Below, in pieces: positions 18,601 to 29,000 of a stretch of 64,000 nt of DNA. The DNA comes from Pseudomonadota bacterium (GTDB lineage: Bacteria > Myxococcota_A > UBA9042 > GCA-2863065), in contig SXOX01000045.1 of NCBI GenBank assembly GCA_005776585.1, positions 53,425 through 117,424 on the forward strand, in the 5' to 3' direction. The translations under genes and the position numbers were made by a program. Positions within the stretch are counted from its first letter, which is position 1, and every line of letters starts with the position of its first letter. Below the pieces are notes generated by a model, which worked only from the letters and a program-made list of their open reading frames with translations, did no database searches and was not told the DNA's origin.

Positions 18601-20243
18601 CCATCCACCATGCAGCAGGCGCTCGTCGGCGCGGCGCACGTGACCGTCGAGCACGACGCCTCACCCTTGTGCAACGTCCCCCCCAGCGTGGCGCAGCTTC
18701 CGCCGCTCTCCATGGAGCAGGCGCCGTCGACGCAACACGCGGCCACCTTGGCGCAGTCGACGTCGATGCACGACAGGGAGCCCGGCTGGGGCGCGCCGCC
18801 CGAGCCGACGCAGGTCACGAGCGGCTTCAGCGCGCAGGTGCCGTCGGCGGCGCAGCAGGCCGCGTTCTGAGGTGCTGGACACGAGACGGCTGAACACGAG
18901 GTCCCGCCTCCTTGGAAGGCGCCGCCCTCCTTGGCGCAGGTCGTTGGCGTCTTCGGGCCGGCGCACGCACCGTCCGCGAGACAGCAGCCGCCTTCGGGCT
19001 CAGGACAGGTCACGTCCTTGCAGCCCAGGATCTCGCCCTGGGTCGACATCCATGTGCCGCCCGTGTCGACGCAGGTCGCCTTGGTTGCAAAGTCGCAGGC
19101 GCCGCTCTTCCGGCAGCACGCCCCGGGCAGCCCGACCGAGTCGCACTTGACGGCAGTGCACGCCACGGAGTCCCCCTGATAGGTGCCGGAGTCCGCGGCG
19201 CACTCCGAACTCGAGCGGACGTCGCAGTCGCCTTGCGGCAGACAACAGGCGCCATAGCTCGGGGCACAATTCGCTGTGGCGCAGGCGACGCCGTCGTCAA
19301 CGTAAAAGCCACCGGCTGCGCTGCAGACGGCTTCGGGCAGCATCGCGCAACCCGAGCCACCGAGGCAGCACGCGCCCGTGGCCGCGCCGCACGGTGCAGG
19401 GACACAGGTCGTCGCACCCGCCGCTGGCGCCGTGCCTCCCGCCGCCGTGCAGTCGGCCTTGGACAAGAGCGCGCAGAGGCCGAGGTTGAGGCAGCAGGCC
19501 TCCGCCGGGGCCCCACAGGCGCCGGCTGCGCACGTCTGCCCGCCGGTAGCGACCTTGCCATCGACGCTCGCGCACGCAGCCTCGGTCGTCGCGGAGACGC
19601 ACCCGCCGGCCCCACCGACGCAGCAGGCGACTGGCGCCGGGGCGCAGACCTTCGCGTCACACGTCGAGCCCGGCGCCTGCGACTGGCCACCCTTCGATTG
19701 GCATTCGAGCGGGGTCACGCTCGTGCAGGTGCCATCCGTAGCGCAGCAGGCACCTAGCCCGCCGTCCTTGCACGTCGCGGCGTCGCAGGCGCGTCCCAGA
19801 CCGCCGAAGAGACCCCCGAGCAACGCACAGGCCGGTGGCGTCCGCTCCGAGCAGGTGGCGAGTCCGGTCCCCGAACAACACGGACCAGTCGAGCAATTCA
19901 CCGTCGCGCAGCTCGACCCGCCGCCACGAAAGATCCCGCCGGCGGCGCCGCAGTCGTTCGCGGTTGCGACCTTGCACCCCGTAGACGCGCAACACGCGCC
20001 CAGTGCTGGCCCGACGTCCGCGGTCGTCTCCACACCGAGTTCGGCTTGCGGCCCCACCTCGGCGATGCTCCCCACGTCGACCACCGCGTCCTGTCCGCTC
20101 CACACGAACTCGCCCGTGGCGTCATGGACGGGCGTGGCCGCCCCGCCGTCGTCGGGGTCCGCCGCGCAGCCGCCCAGGGCAAGTCCCAGCACGAGCCCGA
20201 TTGCGCTCGGAATCCGTCGCGCGTCCCTGCGTCTACGAGGCAT
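15654..20243 (-). CDS. giant lipoprotein built of ~35 tandem Cys-rich ~40-aa modules
   Basis: 1529 aa. Lipobox LGLALGGC. I counted 35 occurrences of the (G/P/A)-x-CC module start. Each is followed by G-x-C, C, GG..(F/Y).G, C....C. Confidence 0.85.
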   Translation of the reverse strand: MPRRRRDARRIPSAIGLVLGLALGGCAADPDDGGAATPVHDATGEFVWSGQDAVVDVGSIAEVGPQAELGVETTADVGPALGACCASTGCKVATANDCGAAGGIFRGGGSSCATVNCSTGPCCSGTGLATCSERTPPACALLGGLFGGLGRACDAATCKDGGLGACCATDGTCTSVTPLECQSKGGQSQAPGSTCDAKVCAPAPVACCVGGAGGCVSATTEAACASVDGKVATGGQTCAAGACGAPAEACCLNLGLCALLSKADCTAAGGTAPAAGATTCVPAPCGAATGACCLGGSGCAMLPEAVCSAAGGFYVDDGVACATANCAPSYGACCLPQGDCDVRSSSECAADSGTYQGDSVACTAVKCDSVGLPGACCRKSGACDFATKATCVDTGGTWMSTQGEILGCKDVTCPEPEGGCCLADGACAGPKTPTTCAKEGGAFQGGGTSCSAVSCPAPQNAACCAADGTCALKPLVTCVGSGGAPQPGSLSCIDVDCAKVAACCVDGACSMESGGSCATLGGTLHKGEASCSTVTCAAPTSACCMVDGSCGNLTQEECKANQGTVQGPTLSCADVACTGGQVAPCCLTSGACEEKTLFACLGVGGSPLASGSTCSEAACAELAAGACCVKETCVSVTVAACAASGGAYQGAGIACSTKPCEPKETEGGCCLPNLSCQLLTAALCKTAGGSFLGEDTVCSVSVCAPKGACCTDTGCKELNGADCDAAAGVFADPGTTCAATSCTAPVACCEAGDACTLTAPLACLKKGGAMSFKITDCATLACGVSGACCGSSLTCTTKTLNACVQSGGQFSGPGSTCNAGTCELPKVACCVSGTCKEIDANACLKAGGVSAGKDVTCSTGTCTLIALGACCAPGGNCTSLNEPACLKAGGTFAGQGSACGSGTCDPGPLPGACCKEATCTFGAPAACSGSGGTFMGAVSSCTFNPCGTAATGACCLDGECSEVDQVTCIGAGGTYSGVGASCANVICAGSKKGGCCSGPHGICTLRTEAQCAELGHEFEGPNSTCPSVNACDYDLTGACCTPSAQCQIITKLECEALGGGYQGDNKACADVKCTGGPPKGSGACCGNDGQCSPETEAECIGKFGSYAGDGTTCNGVMCDPAGACCNTSDYSCKKSTYQSCIQGFGSFLGVGVDCSIEACGAPGACCSSDHFCTEIGKSACLSGTGTFQGVATTCADTCLKDVGACCLPGSPLCLSRTAEECEKSGGAFSGAGSQCTPMLCAGDQPWACCLLSGVCTMGSSAECAVKEGVYHDQLDCTQVQCPTTPKGACCLPSGCANLEAWACQALGGQYAGNGVACVAVQCSGSNGTACCHPDASCTTEPTPGSCVIGGGVFMGASTKCATTECVGTGACCLPDHTCAQKTALECSLAGGSISLGFTCEQVDCTGSGELGACCIGTTTCFMANSGICQPIGGVFSPGLGCPATQCKPKGLGACCANNTCSNTDEADCDAMNGAWNGTGSSCLSAKCKVATGACCIGDGCAGGIALTKCATAGGTSGAEGSTCATTTCP

Positions 20244-20432
20244 AGTCGATCACCCTCCAGTCGTCACCCTACTGACGAGCGCGGCTGGGTTCAACCGCGC
20301 ATCGCTTCTGACGCGCTGCGTCTTGAAGCGGTCGACTCGAAGTAGTAAGGGCCCCGTGGCCGTGAAGAACGGCGACGTCGCGCGACGGCCGTTGCGTTGA
20401 GCGCCGTGCAGGCCGGACTGGAGAGAGTTATC

Positions 20433-21848
20433 ATGAGCGAGAATTTGACGTTTACCGAGAACGTTTACAAGAACTTCGATCGTGCCATTGCTCGACTGAA
20501 CCTCCCGCGCGGCCTCGCGGAAAAGATCAAGGTTTGCAACTCCATGATCCAGTTCAGCTTCCCCGTTCGGGACGGGGACGGCTTTCGCATCGTCAACGCC
20601 TATCGGGCGGAGCACTCGGTTCACAAGCGGCCGACAAAGGGCGGCATCCGCTACGAAGTGCACGTCAACGCCGACGAGGTCGTCGCTCTGGCCACGTTGA
20701 TGACGCTCAAGTGCGCGGTCGTCAACGTGCCCTTCGGTGGCGCCAAGGGCGGCATTCGCATCGATCCGCGCAAGGAAAGCGCCGAGTTCATCGAGCGGGC
20801 GACCCGCCGCTACACGGCCGAGCTGTACTACAAGAACTTCATCGGCCCGGGCGTCGACGTCCCGGCGCCCGACATGGGCTGCGGCGAGCGCGAGATGGCG
20901 TGGATCGCGGACACCTACGCGACCCTGGCCCACCACGACGTCGACCATCTGGCGTGTGTCACCGGCAAGCCCGTCGCGCAGGGCGGCATCAGCGGTCGCA
21001 AGGAGGCGACCGGACGCGGCGTGCAGTTCGGCATTCGCGAGCTGTTTCGCAGTGCCGACGACGTCAAGGGGTGCGGTCTCTCGGCGGGCCTCGGCGGCAA
21101 GCGCGTCGTGGTTCAGGGCCTCGGCAACGTTGGCTACCACGCGGCCAAGTTCCTCGCGGAGGAGGACGGCTGCCGTATCGTCGGCATCTGCGAGCGCGAC
21201 GGCGCCATCTGGAATGACGCGGGGCTGGACGTCGACGCCGTGAGACGGCACATGGATGAGACGAACGGAGGCGTCAAAGGCTTTCCAGGCGCGACCTACT
21301 TCGAGGACGGAGACAAGGTGCTCTGCGGGCCCTGTGACATCCTCGTCCCCGCGGCTCTCGAGAACCAGATCACGGAGGCCAACGCCGACCGCATCCAGGC
21401 GCGCATCATCGCCGAGGCGGCCAACGGCCCGACCACGGCGGCGGCGTCGGAGCGGCTGTTCCAGCGCGGCGTCATCGTCATCCCCGACCTCTACCTCAAC
21501 GCGGGTGGCGTGACCGTGTCGTACTTCGAGTGGTCGAAGAACCTGGCGCACATCCGGTTCGGTCGGCTCGAGAAGCGCCTCGAGGAGGGCCGCACGCATC
21601 GGCTCATGCAGGCCATCGAGCGGCTCACCGACCGCCGCTTCGGCGACGACGAGTTCACCAACGTCGCGCGCGGCGCCGACGAGATCGACCGCGTGCGTGC
21701 CGGCCTCGATGACACGATGCGGACGTCCTACGCCGAGATTCGCACGGCACAGCGCCGCTTCCCGGGAATCGACCTGCGCACCGCCGCCTACATCGTCGCG
21801 ATCGACAAGGTGGCCACCTCCTACATGCAGCTCGGCGTCTGGCCCTGA
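20433..21848 (+). CDS. gdh: Glu/Leu/Phe/Val-family amino-acid dehydrogenase (glutamate dehydrogenase-like)
   Basis: KGGIRY, VNVPFGGAKGGI, VVVQGLGNVGYHAA (Rossmann). ATG at 20433 after GGAGAG. The track starts at the TTG at 20397. Confidence 0.9.
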   Translation: MSENLTFTENVYKNFDRAIARLNLPRGLAEKIKVCNSMIQFSFPVRDGDGFRIVNAYRAEHSVHKRPTKGGIRYEVHVNADEVVALATLMTLKCAVVNVPFGGAKGGIRIDPRKESAEFIERATRRYTAELYYKNFIGPGVDVPAPDMGCGEREMAWIADTYATLAHHDVDHLACVTGKPVAQGGISGRKEATGRGVQFGIRELFRSADDVKGCGLSAGLGGKRVVVQGLGNVGYHAAKFLAEEDGCRIVGICERDGAIWNDAGLDVDAVRRHMDETNGGVKGFPGATYFEDGDKVLCGPCDILVPAALENQITEANADRIQARIIAEAANGPTTAAASERLFQRGVIVIPDLYLNAGGVTVSYFEWSKNLAHIRFGRLEKRLEEGRTHRLMQAIERLTDRRFGDDEFTNVARGADEIDRVRAGLDDTMRTSYAEIRTAQRRFPGIDLRTAAYIVAIDKVATSYMQLGVWP

Positions 21849-22043
21849 CGCTCTACTGCAGTGCGGCGCTTGCGCTTCGGCGAGCAGACTCTCCGATACC
21901 AACACCGGCTCTTGGTCCCGTGGCCGGCCTCGCTCGCCACGCACGACGTCCGCAGTGATGGAGTCGGTTTCGGGTGCGCGTTCTTTCCCATCGTGAAATT
22001 TCGCGCGCTTTCGGACGGTTGAACGCTTTGAGCGCGCAACCCG

Positions 22044-22072
22044 TTGAGCCGGCGCATGCAGCCGACTACACT
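22044..22072 (+). promoter_or_regulatory. possible sigma70-type promoter TTGAGC-N17-TACACT
   Basis: Read in sequence, ~49 nt upstream of the ATG at 22121. Pattern match only. Confidence 0.2.
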
Positions 22073-22120
22073 GCCGGGGCGGCTGGGCGCGAACGCGCGT
22101 TCGCGAAAACGAGGTGGACC

Positions 22121-22966
22121 ATGACAGAAGCAGCGCAGGACCTACCCACGACGTCGAGTGGGCCGACCCTCTGGATGGCCACGGCCAACGATCGCAAGCT
22201 GTTGCGCTGCGTCCTCCCGGCGGCGGGATTGACTGACGACGTTCTCGTTGCTCACGAGGCCAGCGGCTTCGGCTCGGCCTTGTTCGCCGCCGGGGGCGAG
22301 GTCTTGCAGGTCAAGCGGCCCGTCGAGGCCGGCGCCGCGCTTGGACCGCTGCTTGGCCCGGAGGTGCGCGCGGTGCGGCAGGTCGGCTGCCTCGTGCGCT
22401 CCGACAGCGGCACGCCGCCGCGCTCCGAGACGGTGCCGCCGTTCCGTCACAAGGGCTGGGTCATGGCGATGACCGGCGACGTCCCGCCGCTGCCGCAGGT
22501 CCCCGAGGGCAGCGAGGAGCACGCCCTCCTCCAACGCAACCTCCGCGCCCACACGGGCCCCGAGGCCGTGGCGCACCTCATCATCTCGCGCGTCTATCGC
22601 AGCGCGAGCCAACGGGCGCTTTCGGCCGCCGCGCTCGTCGAGATGGTCAACGGCGTCCTCCGTCCGCTCGAGAGCGCGAGCTTTGGCCGCTGGGTCGCGG
22701 TCCTGACCAGCGAGACGATCGGCGTGGTCATCAACCGGGGCGGCGCGGTGCACTTTCGCACCGTGGAGCGCGTGCGGCGCTGCGTCCAGTGCTCACCCGA
22801 TGGCGCGCGGGACTTCGACGGCGTAAATCATCCCCACCTGCGTGGCGCGGCCGTCGTGTCGGGCGAGGCGAGCTACATGCCGCCGGGCCCCGGCTGGCGT
22901 GTGCTCGGCGCCAATGAGGCGTTGGTCCTCGAGAACGACGCGCCGGCAAAGCGCATCGACGGCTGA
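22121..22966 (+). CDS. hypothetical protein
   Basis: ATG at 22121 preceded by GAGGTGG, in frame with track ORF 21974..22966. Faint resemblance to class II glutamine amidotransferase folds but no N-terminal Cys. Confidence 0.5.
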   Translation: MTEAAQDLPTTSSGPTLWMATANDRKLLRCVLPAAGLTDDVLVAHEASGFGSALFAAGGEVLQVKRPVEAGAALGPLLGPEVRAVRQVGCLVRSDSGTPPRSETVPPFRHKGWVMAMTGDVPPLPQVPEGSEEHALLQRNLRAHTGPEAVAHLIISRVYRSASQRALSAAALVEMVNGVLRPLESASFGRWVAVLTSETIGVVINRGGAVHFRTVERVRRCVQCSPDGARDFDGVNHPHLRGAAVVSGEASYMPPGPGWRVLGANEALVLENDAPAKRIDG

Positions 22967-23018
22967 GCGCGAGCCCTCCGCGACCGCGCCGGCGAAGCGC
23001 ATCGACGGCTGAGCGCGC
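22939..23018. repeat. 34-bp direct duplication (1 mismatch, 46-bp period) of the 3' end of the preceding CDS
   Basis: cgcgccggcAaagcgcatcgacggctgagcgcg at 22939-22972 recurs at 22985-23018 with A>G. Confidence 0.85.
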
Positions 23019-23033
23019 CCGACAACTCCAGCG

Positions 23034-26000
23034 CTAGCGCACCGCGCGACGCAGTCGAAGCACGTCCCGAGCCGTGGCGCGTCCGTCGCCGTCAAGATCC
23101 GGCAGAGTCTTCCCTGACAGCAGCCCGTGGCGATAGGCCATCACGTCACGCAGCGTGAGCTCGCAATCGCCATCGAGGTCCATCGGGCCCGCCACGCCGC
23201 TGCACGCGGGGTCGAGATCGCCGAGACCGGCCACGATCGCGTGCGAGCCGTTCGGCCCGATGGGCGTCACCGCGTCGATGGAGACCGCTTTGATGACGGT
23301 GCCCCCCATCGTCGAGACCAGGTCGCCGCCCTTGAGGGCCTTGTACGAGACGGTGAACAGATGCAGGTCCGGGCCCTTCTTGATCCCTGCCAGCGGGTTG
23401 AAGATCGCATTCAACAGGATCTTGCCGCCACCGACGAACGGGTTCGCGTTGAACGTCGCCCCTTGCGCCGCGGGGCCGGCCTGCACGTCCAGCGCGTCGA
23501 GTACCTGCGGATCGAAGGCGAGCTGTACATCGATGGCGCCGAGCGGCAGGTCGCAGGTGTTGAAGCGCCCGTCGAGGGTGAATGTGGTGCCCGGTGCCCG
23601 ATCCTTGAACGCCAGACCGACCGTGTCGCCGAGATCGATGTCGCCGCAGTCGGGCAGCAGGTTGCAGTCCGTCGAGGTCTCTGCCGGCGGATTGAAGTTG
23701 CCGCCCTTGTCCACGGCCAGGTTCACGTCGACGCGAAACACCGTCGACTTGTTGCCGCGAATGGTCGCGAGTCCGGCGGTGTCGATGGTCGCACCCTCCG
23801 TGTCGGTCGAGCTGAACTCCAGCAGCGTCGGAACGAGGTGCGGCCCGACGAACTTGCGGCGCGTGCCGTCGTTGAACAGGCCCCACAGCTCGAGCTGCGA
23901 GGTCCCCTGATCTTTGATGCCCGAGAACGTCGGGCCCGCGGCGAGGCTTGGGTAGAGCGCGACGAGGCCCTCGTTGAACGTGTCGACCTTGAAGCCGGCA
24001 ATTTGGCTGACCATCGAGCCGAGGCTGAACTGAAGGTCGACAACGCCGTTGGCGCCCGCCTTGACGGTACCCAGCGCAGGATCGAGCTGAAGCACCGCGT
24101 TGTTTGGCGACTGTGTCCCCGCGTTGAAGACCTTGACCTGCGCCTGCGCGGTCACGTCGCTTGACGTGCCGTCCGTATAGTTGAGGATGACGACGTACGT
24201 GCCATCCTGCCACGTGGGCGTGCCCTCGATCTTCGAGAACGTGTGGTCGCTCACCCGCGGCGGGAAGGGGGTATAGGGCTCGTAGACATCCGCGGTCAGG
24301 CCGCTCGCCTTGACGACCTTGACGGTCACGTCGGCGGTGCCCAGGGCCGGATACTGGCCGATGGACACGCGCACGCTCGCGTCGCCCGTGGCCTTGCCCG
24401 TCGCACTGACGAGGCCCGTGGTCGTCGCTTGAATCAGGTCACCCGCGTCGAGCACCGTGGCGTCGTAGGCCGTCGTGGCGTGCGCCGTAAAGTCGATGAG
24501 GGAGCCATCCTGGTAGAGCACCTGGACCTGGAGCTGCTGACTGGTCGGCAGGCCCTTGATGGTCGCCGCGGTGTCCGTGGCCGCGATCGCGATCGTGCTC
24601 GCCTTTGGCGTCACGATGAGCTGCTTCGGGGCCGGCAGGTCCACCTTGACCGGCGTGCTGCCGGTGCACAGGTCCTTGCCGCCGACCGTCCAGGTCGCGC
24701 TGACCGTCGCCGTGCCGCCACCCACCGCGGTCAAGAGCCCACCCGGCGTGCTCCCGACGATGCTCGGAGACAGCGAAGTGACCGCCAGACCCACGGCGCC
24801 CGTGATGTTCATCCGGGCCCCGTCGCCAAAGCGCGCGTACACCTGCGCCTGGCAGGTCTGGTTGTACTGCTTCATAAAGGCGAAGACGCCTGCCTCGGCC
24901 GTCGTCTGGCCGACCTGAACCGTGGGCTGCGCGGGGAGCAGCGACATCATCGTGACGTCGCACGGCGCGATGACCTGGAGGCTCGTGCACTGGACCGTGG
25001 CCGCGGGCTGAACCGAGATGGCCTGTGACGCCAGGACATTCCCTGCCGCGCCGCGGGCGTTGAGCGTGAACGTCCCGGCCGTCGTCGCGGTCAGCACGCG
25101 ACTCGCCGGATCGTAGACGCCACCCGTCGGGAGGTCGAAGTCCTTGGCCTTCAGAAGCGGCGTCATGTCTTGCTTCCAGAGGGTCTGCTTGCCGTCCGAC
25201 CACGGGAGCTTGAGGCGCAGCGCCGCGGTCTGGACCTTGGTCGTCCCGGTGATCGTCTGGAGGATGGAGTCCGACAGCTCGAGCTCCGCCGTGCCGGGGA
25301 CGAGCACGCGCACACGACCGCTCGAGGCAAAGCCCGAGTGGCCGCCCGTGATGATCGCGGTTCCGGCCTTGCCTGCCGCAGTGAGGGTGCCACCGGCGCC
25401 GACCTTGACGATCGTTGGATCGGTCGAGCTGAGGGTCGTGCCCACGTCGGAGGCGCCCGGAAGCTGCGCACAGTCGCGGCGGAAGAGCGTGAAGCCGACG
25501 ATGGACGTGTCCGGGATGCCGGTGACGGGAGCCCAGTTCAGGAGCTGGACGTCGGGCAGCGACAGGAGCACGCCGCGCACCGCCCGCGACCAGGTCGTGA
25601 CCTTGCCCGACGCCGACGAGCCCGAGGCGTCCGCGACGGCCAACGGCGCGTTTGCCGCGAGCGACGAGAGGTTCTTCGAGTAGAGATCCTCAAGCGTGCC
25701 GGAGATGGACGCGAAGGCGATCGGGCTGTCTGGAGTGAGGCTCTCCAGCGCGCGGAAGCCGAGCGTCGCGACGTGGATCTTGCTGCCCTTGGTGCACGTC
25801 GTGACTCCCAGCGAGGCGAGCGCGTTGAACTTGATCTGCCCCGATTGATTGGCGTTCGTGGTGACGTTGCTCACCGGATCGTCGAAGTCGGCGCAGCTGC
25901 CCTTCTGGATCGACATGACCTCGAGCTTCGACTGATCGAAGGTGATCTTGATGTCGTAGGCACCAATGTCGTCGGCCTGCGAGGCAAGGTAGACCGGCAC

Positions 26001-29000
26001 CTGGAAGACGTCCTTGACGAACTGCGGCGACAGCGGGAGCTCGAGACCGGCTCCGGGTGAGGCGATGGCCAGCGCGACGGGTCGCGGGGTGATGGCGATC
26101 GTCACGGCTTGCGGTGGGAGGCCACCGACCGAGACGCTTGCGGTGACGCTGCCGCTCTGATTGAACACGCTGGCAGGCGCGGTCCACGAGATGACGCAGC
26201 GGCCGGTCGCGTCGGTCGAGCACGTGGCCTGCGTCGCCGCGGGCAGCCCGGCCCCCGAGAGCGCCGCGGTGACCACGGTGCCCGGCTTGACCGGACGATA
26301 GCCTGCGTCACGCACCTGGACTGCGAGCTTGGTCGCCGATGCGTCTGCGTACAGGACATCCCGCATCAGCACGACCTCGAGCACCCCGGGGGCCAGCGCG
26401 AGCACGTTGAAGCCCATCGGCGCGGACTTCACCCCGTAGGCGTCGACGAACACGGAGCCAGCCTCGTTGGGGTTGGCGAGATCCTGGATGACCGTGTCGT
26501 AGGTGCCATCGCCGTTGTCGATGACCAGGTTCTCGACCTGACCGAGCGAGCTCTGGAAGCGGACCTCCGCGCCTGCGACCGCCGGCTTGTCACCGAGGCA
26601 GTTCGCCTCGTCGATGGAGCCGTTGCAGTCATTGTCCTTGCCGTCGCCGCACAGCTCCTTGACCTTGGGTGCGGTGCACGACTGGAAGGAGCCATTGGTG
26701 CAGACCTCGGTGCCCTGGACGCCGCACGCGTTCTGGCACGGCTGGACGAGCGCCAGGTTGAAGACCGGATCTTCGTCGATGAGGCCGTCGCAGTCGTCGT
26801 CGAGCCCATTGCAGACCTCGGGCGAGGAGGCCTTCGTCGTAAACGTGGACTGCGACGTTGCGGCGACGCAGGTCTGACACCCGTTCTTGGGGTTGGTCGC
26901 TCCGTCGACGTAGCACACGTTGCCGATCAGGCAGAAGGCCGGCTGCAGGACGTGACCGCAGCCCGTGACCGGATCGCAGGTCTCGCCGGTGCAGAACAGC
27001 CCGTCATCGCAGACCTTCGGATCGGCGATGTGCAGGACCTGGCCCGTCGCGTCGTCGCACAGGTCGAGGGTACACGCGATGTCGTCGTTCGTGGTCGGCC
27101 CGACGCCAGGCTGGCAGTCGAGCGTCGGATGGCACGACTCGTAGCCATTGCAGAACTTGCCGTCGTCGCACTTGCTGTCGTTGAGGATGTGCTTGAAGGC
27201 CTTGGTCCCCTCATCGCAGACGTCGTCGGTGCAGGGCACGCCGTCGTCACTTCCTGCCGGCGGCGTTCCGAGGACGCAGCCCTTGCCGACCTCGCAGCGC
27301 TCGGTGCCATTGCAGTAGCTCGCATCGACGCACAGCGCGTCATTGGGCACGTGCTCGCAGACGGCGTTGACGCCTTGCGCGATGCACGCGTCCTTCGTGC
27401 AGGCAAAGCCGTCGTCGCAGTCGGCCGCGACGTTGCAGCACGTGGCGCCGAGCGTGAGGTTCTTGCAGCGCCCGTAGACGCATGCGTCGGCCGTGCAGCT
27501 GTCGCCGTCGTCGCATTGCGCCTCGGCCGTGGCCCCGGTCGCGAGATCGCAGCACTTGCCGAGCGCCGTGGCGGGCACCGGCACGAAGGCGCACACGCCG
27601 TTGACGCACGTCTCGGCCGTGCACTGATTGCCGTCACCGCACTGCACGCTGATGGCGATCGGCGCGTTCGGATCGCAACAGGTGCCGCCCCCCGAGGGCG
27701 CGATGGGCGCATGCGTGCACAGGTGCGTGGCGACGTTGCAGGCGTCGAGCGTGCACGTGTTCTGATCGTCGCAGTCGGAGTCGGCCGAGCAGCAGCCCGC
27801 GCCCGAAGGGACATGCCGGCAGCTCCCGATGGCTCCCGGAATGACCTTGCCGCCGGAGGCCACGCAACCGTCCTGCGTACAGGCGTCCGTGTCATCGCAA
27901 TGCGAGGCCGGACCGCCGATGGTGCAGCATCCGGCGATGCCGTACTGGCTGCACTTGCCGGTCTTGAGGTTGCACACGTCGTCGGTGCACGGGTCGGCGT
28001 CGTCGCAGGCGGTGTTTAGCGTACAGCAGCTTGGGATGGCGTCGTAGACACACGCCTTCTTGGCCACGTCGCACTGCGTGCCGGTGCACGGGTTGTCGTC
28101 GAGCGCGCAGTGGTTGATCTTGCCCGACTCGCCTACCTGACCGTCGCAGTACGCCGGGTCTGGATACGACAGGCAGTGGTAGTCCTTGCAGCTGTCGACG
28201 GTGTCCGGGAGCCCGTCGTCGCAGATGGCGTCGGTCGTGGCCTTGGGGTAGGTGTTCACCGAGCAGCAGCCCACGCCGCCCTTGAGCACCGGCGGCTTGC
28301 ACACGTGCTTGGCCTCATCGCAGTCGACCGTCGCGCACGGGTCGGAGAGGGAGCCGCAGTCGCTGTCCACGTTGCAGCAGGTGCTCCCGAACTGCGCCAC
28401 GTCCGGACCATGGCGGCACGTATTGCCGAGGCACAAGTCCATCGTGCAGGTGTCGGCGTCTCCGCACTGTCCGCTCTCCACGCAGCAGGTCGGCGGTGGT
28501 GTGACGGTAAACGTGCAGGCGTTGCCCTGGCAGGTCGGCACATGACAGGCCGTTGGCCGCACGCAGTCGGCGGCCTCGTTGCAGCAGCCTGCGACCGGCA
28601 GATGGCCGCACTCGTTCGCCTGGCAGACGTCCAGCGTGCACGGGTCGTCGGCAGGCTTCTCGTGACACTCCGGGGCCACGAGCGGCGAGTACACGTCGGT
28701 GTTGGCGCTGCCGGGTGTACCGAGATCGCCCGCCCCGCCGGGGATGGCCGCGCTCGAGGCCTTCCAGCTCTGGCCGAGATCGTTGTCCGCTTCGACGTTG
28801 GTCAGCGCGATGCTCGCTCCAGACGGGTTGGGGAAGTTGGGACCGCCGTCGTAGTGGACAGCGTCGTGCGTGGCTCCGGACTTGTCCTTGAGCAGGACGG
28901 AGTCCTCGCCGTTGTTCAGCGTGAAGCCCGTGCCGTACACCGCGCCACACGAGATGCCGCCGTTCTTGGCGGCGTCGCCGTTCTTGCACAGCACCAGCGC

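Noticed and set aside
15654-20243. The repetitive 4.6-kb gene as an assembly collapse or expansion artefact.
   Set aside because: The modules are substantially diverged at the nucleotide level and the reading frame is uninterrupted, which argues for a genuine ancient repeat array.
20250-21944. Long antisense or alternative-frame ORFs throughout the track (e.g. 20250..21944, 26109..28019, 28110..30722, 41365..44280, 48123..50051, 14863..16335).
   Set aside because: These are typical high-GC artefacts. Their translations are Arg/Ala/Gly/Pro-rich and low-complexity, and each is fully shadowed by an opposite- or other-frame ORF with clear domain signatures.
22121-22966. Annotating this CDS as a class II glutamine amidotransferase.
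   Set aside because: There is only a faint motif resemblance (PPFRHKGWVMAMTGDV). It lacks the N-terminal catalytic Cys, so I left it as hypothetical.
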